Origin: an uncultured Bacteroidia bacterium
GTDB taxonomy: Bacteria > Bacteroidota > Bacteroidia > JAFLBG01
Direction: 5' to 3'
Length of the DNA: 64,000 bases
NCBI GenBank assembly: GCA_964593555.1
Contig: CAZQIC010000007.1
Coordinates: 6,226 to 70,225, forward strand
The notes beneath the pieces are model-generated. The model made no database searches and was not told where the DNA came from. It saw only the letters and a program-made list of their open reading frames with translations. The translations under genes and the position numbers were made by a program. Positions 29,901 to 39,331 of the stretch are shown here, one piece after another (within the stretch, counting starts at the first letter, position 1; the number at the start of each line of letters is the position of its first letter).

Positions 29901-31789
29901 GTCATCATATATACTATGTCATTTTTTTTGTCTATTGTAACGCCATACCCTTCAATCGGGTTAATTCCTTTATAATAACATGTAGACCATATCATGCTCC
30001 CATTTGTTCTGTCCAATTTTGTTAAATATGCTGTTGCAATTGAAGCACGTGATGTTAGATAAGCTCCTGCCGTAGTAGGAAAAGCTGGCACGCTTTGTCC
30101 CGCGAAGGCATTAATTATGATACCCGTAACAGTAGCATCCCCAACCTGATTAGTTGCAACACCTAAACCATACACCGATCCGCCGCCTCCGAGATATGTT
30201 GCCCAAATTCTTGCACCTGCTCCACTTAGTTTTACAATTGTAGCGTTGCCATTTCCTGCCATTGCAGGTTGAGCGTTACCGGGTGTAGTTGGGAAAGTCA
30301 GTGACGTAGTGCGTCCAACAATAACAACATTGTCAGAGGCATCAACATCCAGGTCAGCAACTTCCTCTAAACTTAGTGTCGCGCTTCCATTTGCATGATT
30401 ACCTCCTCCTCCATAATATGTTGACCATACCACCGAGGTGCCGGTGCTATTTATTCTAAAAATTAATTCATCAGCGCTTCCGCCGCCAAAAACAGGTTGA
30501 AAAGCACCTGCTGTTGTAGGAAAAGTATTTGCACCATATCCACCTACAACAACATCCCCGTTACTGAATAATCCAATACAAGTTCCCTTTTCTAAAGCAG
30601 CACCTCCATAGTATGTTGACCATACTCTCGCTCCTGTATTAGAAAATTTAGCGACCACAATATCTTCATTTCCACCAAGTACAAATTGAATGGCTCCTGC
30701 TGTTGCCATCCCTGTTGATGCAAAACTTCCAACAAAATAAGTTTCTCCAGCAGCATTTGTAACCACATCATAACCATAATCAGCTCCTATCCCGCCAAAA
30801 TATGTAGAATAAATAAGTGCGCCTGTAGTACCGTTAAATTTGGAAATAAAAGCATCTGAGTTTCCGCCAAATACATTTTGGAATGGCCCGGCGGAAAGAG
30901 GAAAATTTGGAGATACACATTGACCCGTAATCACAACATCTCCGTTGGAAGAAGTAGAAATTCCGGAACCAATATCTGCTGCGCCGCCTCCGACAAATGT
31001 TGTCCAGGGATCGATCACTAATGTGAAATCCCTGTTATAATCAAAAACATTAAAACCAATAGTTGTTCCATCAATATCGGTATCCAGCAATTTATAACTG
31101 CATTTTACATCAATAATTTTTCCATCAATATTCTGATACACCCTCGGCATTTTTTCTTCAATTTCACCTATGCTGGTTGTTATCTTAATACTATTTTCTT
31201 TTACCTCCAATTGATCTGCACCCTTATAATGCAAACGTATAACGCGTGGGTCTCCCTTCGGTAAAATAATAAAATCATACTTGATTGAATTATTTGCACC
31301 ACCTGAATAGGTAACATCAATATTGTTATAAATACCTTTTACCGTAAGCCCGTTGAATGCTTTAACATTTAATAATCCATCCCGATTTTTTTCATTATAG
31401 TAATTATAGATGCCGGAATTCCCCGCAGTGTATTCAATCCTGGAATTTACATTTGCGTTTAAAAATTCAACATTCACTCTATGGCCATTCAAAAATTCTT
31501 TGCTCCCTAACTCCATTTCGTCCTCAACTTCCTTGGTTTTTTGTATGAGCACCATACTGATGCCCGTATTTCTCACGAAAAAATATCCTCCTTCAAGTTT
31601 TGTAAAACATTGAACTTCGGGCACGATGTTTCCTTCTGCATCCTCAAGTTGTCCTTTGTTTTCTATAAATAAAGGCGAATTTTTTTGAGATGGGCTTAAA
31701 GCAGAAGTGCCTGCGAAAAATGAAGAATGAAAGAACAATACGAGTACGACTACTAAATAATATTTTGAGGGGATGCATGGAGTTTTCAT
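26918..31789 (-). CDS. Giant adhesin-like T9SS type-B cargo (SBBP repeats, PKD, six SprB-type repeats, two PKD, type-B CTD)
   Basis: ORF 26918..31825 opens on TTG; the ATG at 31789 gives MKTPCIPSKYYLVVVLVLFF. It carries an FIENKGQL motif, SBBP units, a PKD domain (WFWSFPG) and SprB units beginning CFGLNNG, CYGGNNG, CNSTATG, CNQANG, CNALCDG and CFGENSG. The C-terminus is PNTFTPNGDSKNDIF...YNRWGDLIY...GWDG...DVYVWK. Confidence 0.85.
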   Translation of the reverse strand: MKTPCIPSKYYLVVVLVLFFHSSFFAGTSALSPSQKNSPLFIENKGQLEDAEGNIVPEVQCFTKLEGGYFFVRNTGISMVLIQKTKEVEDEMELGSKEFLNGHRVNVEFLNANVNSRIEYTAGNSGIYNYYNEKNRDGLLNVKAFNGLTVKGIYNNIDVTYSGGANNSIKYDFIILPKGDPRVIRLHYKGADQLEVKENSIKITTSIGEIEEKMPRVYQNIDGKIIDVKCSYKLLDTDIDGTTIGFNVFDYNRDFTLVIDPWTTFVGGGAADIGSGISTSSNGDVVITGQCVSPNFPLSAGPFQNVFGGNSDAFISKFNGTTGALIYSTYFGGIGADYGYDVVTNAAGETYFVGSFASTGMATAGAIQFVLGGNEDIVVAKFSNTGARVWSTYYGGAALEKGTCIGLFSNGDVVVGGYGANTFPTTAGAFQPVFGGGSADELIFRINSTGTSVVWSTYYGGGGNHANGSATLSLEEVADLDVDASDNVVIVGRTTSLTFPTTPGNAQPAMAGNGNATIVKLSGAGARIWATYLGGGGSVYGLGVATNQVGDATVTGIIINAFAGQSVPAFPTTAGAYLTSRASIATAYLTKLDRTNGSMIWSTCYYKGINPIEGYGVTIDKKNDIVYMMTGVYDDALPNITSCSYQQQNASTTVNREDFGISKFDNSTGVPICDTYIGGPGHEDRPGVGGLFVGHPIALGPDNYTLYGTGGVKPGFPVTGGADQTAFGGGSFDAVVFSICGFSCGNNTVAPAFSVSDQTPCRNAPINFTDLSVLCDDDSAKWFWSFPGAVVTSSTLQNPTGISYANNGSYNVKLVVKTPCGTDSITMVNYITASSPLAVITVVDNITCFGLNNGGATVGSFGNGPFGYAWSNGSITSSSTGFSPNTVYTVTVTDNNSCVSTATVSVTEPPLLTANAVLSNSVSCYGGNNGVANAFSNGGTQPYTFSWSNGSNTISASNLQSGNYTVTVTDNYGCVAITLPVSVPEPTQIGVNIIGADALCNSTATGSATSVGNGGVGNYNYVWSNQQVNAHATSLVAGIYSVTITDGNGCTANGNINILEPNAIITNTATVDAHCNQANGSANIIVNGGTPAYNYLWSNGVVSALNNNIAQGVYTVTITDANGCTAIDVVSINNLNGVVAQANVTNNTSCNALCDGTANAVAVGGNGPYNYSWTNGQNTAGANGLCASGYTVTISDADGCNSTASVTITQPSAISGVVNTVDANCFGENSGSASVIANGGTGAYTYLWSNNSPSLQTNNLLQGVYSVTVTDANGCTKEINNIIINEPTQVVANISGAQIVCMGSQAIITAGATGGNPGYNYLWNNNAIAQSITVTVNNQTIYTVTITDSKGCSSVASSSVDVYALPNVNFSADKVSGCGPLCVNFINATPNTNSLTWYFGNNLATSNVSPANYCFTDSGSYNITLRVTDNNGCSNTITQNNYITVHPNPIANFSASPQPATILNPTIYFTDLSTGATAWQWNFGDVTGSASLLQNPSYTYSNTGSYEVLLTVTNEFGCEATVSEIIKIDPDYVIYVPNTFTPNGDSKNDIFIPMGVGVDVENYELLIYNRWGDLIYKITNPRQGWDGTINGTIVQQDVYVWKLNLVDVLNNKHRYVGHVNLLR
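27926..29278 (-). repeat. Six tandem SprB-type Cys repeats (coding) inside the 1635-aa gene
   Basis: Residues about 850-1300 by residue count. Confidence 0.75.
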
Positions 31790-31912
31790 ACCACCTAACT
31801 TATTCAATACCCTAACATGGTTCAAGTAACTTTTACAACTTTATTAATTATCTGTCTGAAGAATAATTATAGTAATTGCCATTTTTGAAATAAAAAGCTT
31901 ATTTTTGATTAA

Positions 31913-33454
31913 ATGTCTGATACCCACAAAACTGATCTTTTTGAACTCATCAAGTCGATGACTATGAGTGAAAAACGTTATTTCAAACTATTCGCTGCTC
32001 GTCACACCATTGGTAAAAAAAATAATTACATCCGCCTGTTCGAAGCCGTAGAAAAACAAAAAACATATGACGAAAAAAAACTAATACAAACAGAAAATTA
32101 TTTAAGCCAATTCGCCGTAATCAAAAAAAATCTTTATGATACTGTTTTAAAAAGCCTGGATGCCTTCAACTACCACATCTCAGAAGAAAGAGAGGTAATG
32201 AACACAATAAACCAAATACAAATTTTGTACAACAAAGGCCTTTACAAACAATGCGAAAAATTGGTTGTGAATACAATTGTAAAAGCTAAGCAACTTGATT
32301 TGCTTAAACTTCAATACATTCTGAATGAATGGCAATTAAAACTAATCGTAGCACAAGATCGGTTCAACACGGATGAAAAAAATATTGTTTCAGTGGAAAT
32401 GGATAAGGAGCAAATACAAACACTGCTTATACAACAGGAAGAATATAGGTTCACCAATATAAAACTACACCATAAAATAAGAATATCCGCCGTATTACGG
32501 AACGACCAAACCAGGAAACAGATAGAAACCATTTTTAGTAAAATTTCAAAAAAAACCACGCCTCCATCTCATAATTTTGTAAGTTGTTTCTACTATTACA
32601 ATATTCATTACCTATACCATTATTCATTCACACGCTTTACAGAAGCTTACCATTATATAAACAAAGCGCATTCGCTGTTCGAAGAGCATCCCGCGCAAAA
32701 AAATGAATGTAACGACATGTTCATCAATACTATTTTTAACAAAATTTCTGTAGAGAATAATTTAAGAACGTTTGAGGAGGCATTAAAGTCGGTAAAATAT
32801 TTAAAGACTTTGGAAATAAGGAACACTCCCCTTAAAAATTCTCTTTTTTTTCGTACCGTTATTTATGAACTATCTATCTATTGCCTTTCTATCGATTTTA
32901 ATACTGGATATAAAAGAATAAAAGAGCTTGAGCGGTTTTTCGCATCATCCGAACTTGACTCGGCGAACATCTCTACTTGGTACGTTGTACATTACCAGGC
33001 AGCGTTTTTATGCATTGGCGCTGAACAATTTAAAATGGCAAACAAATTTTTAAATAAAATTGTTAATCGGCCAACGCAGACCGACAGCCGTACTGATATC
33101 GTTTGTTATTCAAAGATATTGTTGCTGCTCTCTCATTACGAACAAGGAAGCACAGATCACCTGGAATACGCAGTCAAATCTGTTTACCGTTTCCTCCTAA
33201 AGAAAGACATGTTATTTGCATTTGAAAAAGCGATTCTTAAGTTCATTAAAAAAATGCCAACACTTGACTCAAAAGACCTTACCATAAAGGCCTTTAAAAG
33301 GTTGAAGAATGAGTTGGAGGATATAATGAAAGACCCCTATGAGCGTGGGGCAATGGAATATTTCGACTTTATTTCCTGGCTCGAAAGTAAAATTTACAAA
33401 CGTCCATTTAATGAATTGATCAAAGAAAAAATCAAGAGTGGAGAATACTCATAA
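31913..33454 (+). CDS. Helical (TPR-like) protein of unknown function, paralog 2 of 3
   Basis: 513-aa ORF with ATG start. It has the N-terminal LFELIKSMTMSEKRYFKLF motif and the C-terminal DPYERGAMEYFDFISWLESKI motif. It is divergent from the 1635-aa adhesin gene across an 87-nt spacer. Confidence 0.7.
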   Translation: MSDTHKTDLFELIKSMTMSEKRYFKLFAARHTIGKKNNYIRLFEAVEKQKTYDEKKLIQTENYLSQFAVIKKNLYDTVLKSLDAFNYHISEEREVMNTINQIQILYNKGLYKQCEKLVVNTIVKAKQLDLLKLQYILNEWQLKLIVAQDRFNTDEKNIVSVEMDKEQIQTLLIQQEEYRFTNIKLHHKIRISAVLRNDQTRKQIETIFSKISKKTTPPSHNFVSCFYYYNIHYLYHYSFTRFTEAYHYINKAHSLFEEHPAQKNECNDMFINTIFNKISVENNLRTFEEALKSVKYLKTLEIRNTPLKNSLFFRTVIYELSIYCLSIDFNTGYKRIKELERFFASSELDSANISTWYVVHYQAAFLCIGAEQFKMANKFLNKIVNRPTQTDSRTDIVCYSKILLLLSHYEQGSTDHLEYAVKSVYRFLLKKDMLFAFEKAILKFIKKMPTLDSKDLTIKAFKRLKNELEDIMKDPYERGAMEYFDFISWLESKIYKRPFNELIKEKIKSGEYS

Positions 33455-33587
33455 CTTTTCCATGATGTTCTGGCTCCTGGCAATTCATCTCATTCAGATT
33501 TTGAATTTTACCCTAAAATGTTCTTTTTATTTCATTTTTGCTATCTGGTTCTATTGTTTTAAGCCGAATAGCTATATTTGAAACTAC

Positions 33588-34730
33588 ATGCTCTTTAAAG
33601 ATATTATAGGACAACAAAACGCAAAGCGGAGACTCATACAAACCGTTAGCGATGGGCGCATTAGCCATGCTCAGCTTTTTCTTGCACCGGTAGGTTCCGG
33701 TGGACTTGCGTTAGCCATTGCATACGCGCAATATATTTCCTGTACAAACAGGAGTGAAAATGATTCCTGCAATGAATGCCTTTCTTGTGTCAAATACAAT
33801 AAGCTTGTACACCCCGATCTGCACTTTGCGTACCCGGTAGCTATTTCAAAAGACGTAAAAGTGAGTACGCATGTATTACCACAATGGAGAGAGTTTGTGC
33901 TTGGCAATCCCTACTTTACTTTATTCGAATGGTTTGAACAGCTGGAAGCCGAGAACAAACAATCTATCATTGGGGCAGATGAAAGCGCAGAGATCGTCAG
34001 GAAATTAAATCTTACTACCTACGAAGCGGAATATAAGATCATGATCATCTGGATGGCAGAAAAAATGAACCAAGCCTCTGCCAATAAACTATTAAAAATA
34101 TTGGAAGAGCCGCCTGAAAAAACTTTATTCATTCTTGTTTGTGAAAGCGAAGAACAAATGCTGGCCACCATTTTATCGAGAACACAGTTAGTACGCATTA
34201 GCAGAATCACTGACAATGATCTGTGCGAAGGATTAATTTCTAAATACGGCATTAGTCAGCAGGAGGCATCACGCATTGCGTTTCTAGTAGAAGGACGTGT
34301 GAATGAAGCCATACATATTATTAAGCAGGAAAACACTGAGGTCGAAAATTTTGAATTGTTCAAAGACTGGATGCGGATCTGTCTTAAGTTTGATACCCAA
34401 AAAGTAACACGTTGGATAGAATCAGTTGCAACCATAGGACGCGAACAACAAAAAAATTTCCTCGCCTATTCTATTCAAATGCTGCGTTCATGCTTAATGA
34501 AAAATTACGGTGCTGCAGATCTCACAAGAGTTGAAGGAGAGACCGGTGACTTTATTGAAAAATTCTCTCCATTTATTCATGGCAGCAATTGTGAAGCTTT
34601 TGTGAATGAACTTAATAAGGCCAGTTTTCATATTGAGAGAAATGCCAATCCTAAAATTCTCTTTATGGACCTCAGCCTTAAAGCAAATGAACTCCTCAAT
34701 ATGAAGGAGTTAGCGACTCATGGCGCATAG
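33588..34730 (+). CDS. holB: DNA polymerase III delta-prime subunit-like (clamp-loader AAA+)
   Basis: 380-aa ORF. It has the ISHAQLF...G.GGLALA P-loop-like region, a Cys cluster (CNECLSC) and the clamp-loader motifs NKLLKILEEPP and SRTQ. Confidence 0.75.
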   Translation: MLFKDIIGQQNAKRRLIQTVSDGRISHAQLFLAPVGSGGLALAIAYAQYISCTNRSENDSCNECLSCVKYNKLVHPDLHFAYPVAISKDVKVSTHVLPQWREFVLGNPYFTLFEWFEQLEAENKQSIIGADESAEIVRKLNLTTYEAEYKIMIIWMAEKMNQASANKLLKILEEPPEKTLFILVCESEEQMLATILSRTQLVRISRITDNDLCEGLISKYGISQQEASRIAFLVEGRVNEAIHIIKQENTEVENFELFKDWMRICLKFDTQKVTRWIESVATIGREQQKNFLAYSIQMLRSCLMKNYGAADLTRVEGETGDFIEKFSPFIHGSNCEAFVNELNKASFHIERNANPKILFMDLSLKANELLNMKELATHGA

Positions 34731-34832
34731 TAATAGGCGCGTATAAAAGCGACATTCTCGCAAATAATGTTAAATTTGTAACCCCCATATTATAAGGGGA
34801 TTATCTATTAATTCACCTAACACTCAATATAA

Positions 34833-36014
34833 ATGGCTTGTGGAGGATGTAGTTCTGGAAGAGGTTGCAGTACCGCAACAAACGGTTTGCCTACGGGCTG
34901 TCGGAATAACGGCGCTTGTGGTACAGGCGGGTGCAACAAATTAAATGTATTTGATTGGTTGGCAAATATGGCTTTGCCTGGTGGACAAGCGCCATTCGAT
35001 TGCGTGGAGATACGTTTCAAAAATAGCCGTAAAGATTTTTTCAGGAATGTAAATAACCTGCCTTTATATACAGGTGATGTTATTGCTGTAGAGGCATCTC
35101 CGGGCCATGATATTGGTATTGTTTCTCTTAACGGTGAATTGGTGCGTACTCAAATGAAGAAGAAAGGTGTTGACCCGGCCTCTCAGGAAATAAAAAAAAT
35201 ATACCGTAAGGCAAAGCAAAACGATATTGATAAATGGAAAGAGGCGCAGGCACTGGAGGTAGATACTATGTACAAGGCGCGTACCCTTGCATTACGACTT
35301 GGATTGCAAATGAAAATAAGTGATGTAGAATATCAAGGCGATAAAACAAAAGCGATTTTTTATTATACTGCTGATGCGAGAGTGGATTTCCGTGAGCTGA
35401 TAAAAGTAATGGCACAGGAATTCAGTGTGAGAATTGAAATGCGGCAAATAGGCGCTCGCCAGGAAGCCAGCAGGCTTGGTGGTATTGGCTCCTGTGGAAG
35501 AGAACTTTGCTGCTCTACCTGGTTAACAGATTTCAGAACAGTTTCAACTTCCGCGGCACGCTATCAGCAACTTTCACTTAACCCGCTGAAGCTCGCAGGG
35601 CAATGTGGTAAATTAAAATGCTGTCTTAATTACGAGCTAGACAGCTACATGGACGCGATAAAAGATTTTCCGGATTCATCTGTAAAACTTGTTACAAAAA
35701 AGGGAGATGCGATACACCAAAAGACAGATATTTTTAAACGTAAACTTTTTTACGCATACACATTCGATCTCGGAAATTTTATTCCTATTTCGGTTGAGCG
35801 CGTAAAAGAAATACAGGAACAGAATAAAAATAATATCCTCCCTGAAGACATCGCTGAAAAAATAATTGAAGAAAAAAAAATAAAATTACCCGACTACGAG
35901 AACGTAGTTGGCCAGGACAGTCTTACTCGTTTTGATAAAACGAAAAAGAAAAAAAAGAAAAAATCCAGAAAGAAATTTAATACTCATGAATCCCGCCCGC
36001 CACGCAATCCATAA
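34833..36014 (+). CDS. PSP1 domain protein (RicT/YaaT-like)
   Basis: The N-terminus is Cys/Gly-rich (MACGGCSSGRGCS...GCNKLNVFDW). A PSP1-like core follows (KAIFYYTADARVDFRELIKVMAQEFSVRIEMRQIGARQEA...GSCGRELCCSTWL), then a Lys-rich tail. Confidence 0.85.
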   Translation: MACGGCSSGRGCSTATNGLPTGCRNNGACGTGGCNKLNVFDWLANMALPGGQAPFDCVEIRFKNSRKDFFRNVNNLPLYTGDVIAVEASPGHDIGIVSLNGELVRTQMKKKGVDPASQEIKKIYRKAKQNDIDKWKEAQALEVDTMYKARTLALRLGLQMKISDVEYQGDKTKAIFYYTADARVDFRELIKVMAQEFSVRIEMRQIGARQEASRLGGIGSCGRELCCSTWLTDFRTVSTSAARYQQLSLNPLKLAGQCGKLKCCLNYELDSYMDAIKDFPDSSVKLVTKKGDAIHQKTDIFKRKLFYAYTFDLGNFIPISVERVKEIQEQNKNNILPEDIAEKIIEEKKIKLPDYENVVGQDSLTRFDKTKKKKKKKSRKKFNTHESRPPRNP

Positions 36015-36477
36015 AGGCTTAATTTTTATTTCTATTCTGTTACTTGCGGTATTGGTACAATCGTGTGACAGTAACCGCATTTACGAACACAACGTACAGA
36101 TCACTGACCAGCTTTGGGACAGTACAGAAAAAATTGTTTGTGAGGTAGATGTTACTGATACTGTTTCGCCAGTAGCCTTTTATATAAATGTCCGCCACGC
36201 TGATGGTTATCCATATAGCAACTTATATATGTTCATCCGCACCGATTTCCCAAATGGGAAAAAAGCAATAGACACATTGGAATGTCCTCTTGCTGATGAA
36301 ACAGGGAAATGGCTGGGCAAAGGATTAGGAGATATTTATGACTGCCAGATCCTCTTTAAAAAAAGAACACGTTTCCCTATAAGCGGAAAATATAAATTCA
36401 CAATTGAACAAGCCATGCGTGTAGATAAACTGCCGCTAATAATGGATGTCGGACTTCGTATAGAGAAACAAGAGTAA
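35986..36477 (+). CDS. gldH: Gliding motility lipoprotein GldH
   Basis: The internal ATG of ORF 35908 gives MNPARHAIHKGLIFISILLLAVLVQSCD, a lipoprotein signal. The motif ADGYPYSNLYMFI matches my recollection of GldH. Size is about 163 aa, and holB-PSP1-gldH synteny is common in Bacteroidota as I recall. It overlaps the PSP1 3-prime end by 29 nt. Confidence 0.7.
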   Translation: MNPARHAIHKGLIFISILLLAVLVQSCDSNRIYEHNVQITDQLWDSTEKIVCEVDVTDTVSPVAFYINVRHADGYPYSNLYMFIRTDFPNGKKAIDTLECPLADETGKWLGKGLGDIYDCQILFKKRTRFPISGKYKFTIEQAMRVDKLPLIMDVGLRIEKQE

Positions 36478-36560
36478 TAGTTAATTGTTGATTGTTGATT
36501 GTTAAAAACAATTTATCCAACAATTGACAACAAAGAACCGACAACAAAGAACTAACAAAA

Positions 36561-38105
36561 ATGGAAAACAGAAAAGTCAGAGTACGATTTGCACCAAGCC
36601 CCACAGGACCTTTACACATTGGCGGCGTAAGGACAGCATTGTACAATTATTTATTTGCAAAAAAACATGGTGGAGATTTTATCCTGCGAATTGAAGATAC
36701 TGACCAGGGAAGATTTGTGCCTGGTGCTGAGGAATATATTGTTGAATCGCTAAAATGGTCTGGCATATCACCCAATGAAGGCGTAGGTTTTGGAGATGGT
36801 TCTTATGCGCCCTACAGGCAAAGTGACAGGAAACCTATGTACAGGCAATATGCGGAACAACTTATAAATAGCGGTAACGCATATTATGCATTTGATACTT
36901 CGGAAGAATTGGATGCTATGCGTAAACGCATTGAAGCTGCAGGAGGAACTTCTTCTTACAACGCGATCACAAGACAATCCATGAAAAATTCAATTAGCCT
37001 TTCCGAAGATGAGGTGAAAAAATTATTAGATGCTGGCACACCATATGTGGTGAGAATGAAAATTCCACGCAATGAAGAAATTCGAGTGAACGATATTATA
37101 AGGGGATGGGTTGTTGTAAACAGTTCACAGATGGATGATAAAGTATTATTTAAATCTGATGGTATGCCTACTTATCATTTGGCAAATATCGTTGATGATT
37201 ATACCATGAAAATTACTCATGTAATACGTGGAGAAGAATGGTTGCCTTCTGCCCCACTGCATGTTTTGTTGTACAGGTATTTAGGATGGGAAGATGTAAT
37301 GCCTCAATTCGCTCACTTACCTTTATTGCTTAAGCCCGATGGCAATGGAAAACTGAGCAAGCGCGATGGCGACAGATTGGGTTTCCCTGTATTTCCGTTG
37401 GAGTGGAAAGATCCTTCTTCAGGAGAAATTTCTTCAGGATATAGAGAGAAAGGATATTATGCGGATGGATTTATCAATATGCTCTCGTTATTGGGATGGC
37501 ACAGCAGCGGCAACCAGGAATTATTTACGCTCGATGAATTAGCTAACGAATTTTCATTGGAGCGTGTGAGTAAATCCGGTGCAAAATTTGATCCCGAAAA
37601 AGCGAAATGGTTCAACCAACAATACTTGCGCAAACGCAGCGATGAGGAATTAGCAAAAGCCTGGATGCCTGAATTAGAATCAAAGGGAATTAAAACTGAT
37701 CTCGCTTTTGCGGCAAAAGTTATTTCATTGATAAAAGAAAAAGCCTTTTTTGCTCATGAGTTCTGGAGTCTTGGTAGTTTCTTTTTTCAACAGCCTGAAG
37801 TATATGATAAAGATGTTATCAAAAAAAGATGGAGTGAAAACAGCGCAAACTTTTTTACAGAACTAAAAAATGCATTCAGCACTTTAAATTCATTCACAGC
37901 TATTGAAACCGAAAACACATTTAAAGCCACCGCAGAAAAATTAGGAATTGGCGCAGGACAAGTAATGCAATTATTCCGTGTATGTGTAAGCGGCCTGGGT
38001 GGCGGCCCCGTATTGTTTGATATGGTGGCGCTATTAGGGAAAGAAGAAGTAATGAATAGATTGGATAAAGCAGTAAAAATATTAGGAACTAAAGTTGCAC
38101 AATAA
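36561..38105 (+). CDS. gltX: Glutamate--tRNA ligase
   Basis: Contains RFAPSPTGPLHIGGVRTALYNY (HIGH motif) and KLSKR (KMSKS-type motif). 514 aa. Confidence 0.95.
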   Translation: MENRKVRVRFAPSPTGPLHIGGVRTALYNYLFAKKHGGDFILRIEDTDQGRFVPGAEEYIVESLKWSGISPNEGVGFGDGSYAPYRQSDRKPMYRQYAEQLINSGNAYYAFDTSEELDAMRKRIEAAGGTSSYNAITRQSMKNSISLSEDEVKKLLDAGTPYVVRMKIPRNEEIRVNDIIRGWVVVNSSQMDDKVLFKSDGMPTYHLANIVDDYTMKITHVIRGEEWLPSAPLHVLLYRYLGWEDVMPQFAHLPLLLKPDGNGKLSKRDGDRLGFPVFPLEWKDPSSGEISSGYREKGYYADGFINMLSLLGWHSSGNQELFTLDELANEFSLERVSKSGAKFDPEKAKWFNQQYLRKRSDEELAKAWMPELESKGIKTDLAFAAKVISLIKEKAFFAHEFWSLGSFFFQQPEVYDKDVIKKRWSENSANFFTELKNAFSTLNSFTAIETENTFKATAEKLGIGAGQVMQLFRVCVSGLGGGPVLFDMVALLGKEEVMNRLDKAVKILGTKVAQ

Positions 38106-38107
38106 CA

Positions 38108-38458
38108 ATGGGTATCGTTAGAGTTGAGGGAATCCAGCTGCGAGCCTACCATGGCTGCATGGAAGAAGAAGCCACTGTAGGCAGTAATTATATTGTGGAT
38201 GTTGTTGTTGACGCAGATTTTACGGAAGCGGCAAAAACAGATGACCTTTCTAAAACGGTAGACTACGTAGACATTTACAATATTGTAAAAAAAGAAATGG
38301 ACATCCGTTCCAAGTTAATTGAACATGTGGCCCAGCGAATTGCCGATTCCATTAAAAAAAATATTTCGCGGGTATTGTCTGTTTCAGTAACAGTAAAAAA
38401 ATTGAATCCGCCTATTGGCGGATTCGTAGAAAAAACTTCAGTGACTATTCAGTCTTGA
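38108..38458 (+). CDS. folB: Dihydroneopterin aldolase
   Basis: 116-aa ORF starting 2 nt after gltX. It begins IQLRAYHGCMEEEATVGSNYIVDV and contains DDLSKTVDY, both typical of FolB. Confidence 0.85.
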   Translation: MGIVRVEGIQLRAYHGCMEEEATVGSNYIVDVVVDADFTEAAKTDDLSKTVDYVDIYNIVKKEMDIRSKLIEHVAQRIADSIKKNISRVLSVSVTVKKLNPPIGGFVEKTSVTIQS

Positions 38459-38461
38459 TCC

Positions 38462-39331
38462 TTACTGTATAATTATTTTTTTAACTAACTCGTAAGACAA
38501 TCCATTTACTTTTACGAAGTATACTCCTTTGGAAAACCCAGCCGCAGGAATAGATTCCATACATTCACCTGAATTACCACTTTGTAGTTTGTAAGAAGCC
38601 TGCAATTGTCCTATTGCATTATATACCTCAGCAGTAACTTTTCCGGATTGCGGTATCAACGCATATTTAAAATTTAATGAATTACCCGCAACATTATAAA
38701 AAGCATTAAAATTAATATTACCTGAATTTATTTGAATGCCCACAGGTGTATAATACACTTTCATTCGCACGTGATCAATATAAGCGGTCCTCGTTACAGA
38801 AGCATCGGTATTTACTACTTTTATTGCTACCCCAAACGCAGTATCATTCACATCTGTGGCAGTAAGTGTTGCACCCCAATTATCGCTTGGTCCTCCATAG
38901 GTCGTATAGGCTTTTACCAATGGCCAAACACCACTCGATGCCTTATTGCTACCTGTTGTGTTATTAGCTACAACCAATTGTATAACCGAATCCTTTATAA
39001 CTCCATAAGAAGACGCTTTCCTCTCTACATCCGCTTCAACACCATCTATAGTTGCACCGGCCGGAACTGTAAACCCAAATTTTTCAACAAACAAATATCT
39101 GGAGAAGAAACAGGTGTTTTGAAAACAAAAACCCGACTCTCGAAGACCAATAGAAGCAAGGTTTCCATCGCTCGCAAAAACACTATCTCCTTTCGTCCAG
39201 CTGGCTCCCCCGCAGGCTAAACAAGCGGCAGCAGGATCAAACGCAGTAGCAGGATCATTTGGCCCCTGGCTTTGAGCAAACGATTGAATCGAAAAAACGC
39301 TGATTATTATACATAGTAAAATTGTCTTCAT
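38462..39331 (-). CDS. Secreted protein with T9SS type-A CTD
   Basis: It has a signal peptide (MKTILLCIIISVFSIQSFAQ). The C-terminal region, about 80 aa (SLNFKYALIPQSGKVTAEVYNAIGQL...GVYFVKVNG), resembles a Por secretion tail. Confidence 0.7.
   Translation of the reverse strand: MKTILLCIIISVFSIQSFAQSQGPNDPATAFDPAAACLACGGASWTKGDSVFASDGNLASIGLRESGFCFQNTCFFSRYLFVEKFGFTVPAGATIDGVEADVERKASSYGVIKDSVIQLVVANNTTGSNKASSGVWPLVKAYTTYGGPSDNWGATLTATDVNDTAFGVAIKVVNTDASVTRTAYIDHVRMKVYYTPVGIQINSGNINFNAFYNVAGNSLNFKYALIPQSGKVTAEVYNAIGQLQASYKLQSGNSGECMESIPAAGFSKGVYFVKVNGLSYELVKKIIIQ

Noticed and set aside
34775-34790. Third occurrence of GGGGGTTAC (minus strand) between holB and the PSP1 gene.
   Set aside because: The match does not extend beyond 9 nt. 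The TTGTA box is absent at the expected spacing. No minus-strand gene lies downstream.
35908-35985. Lys/Arg-rich N-terminal extension of the gldH ORF.
   Set aside because: It overlaps the Lys-rich tail of the PSP1 gene in another frame. The internal ATG at 35986 yields a canonical lipoprotein signal.
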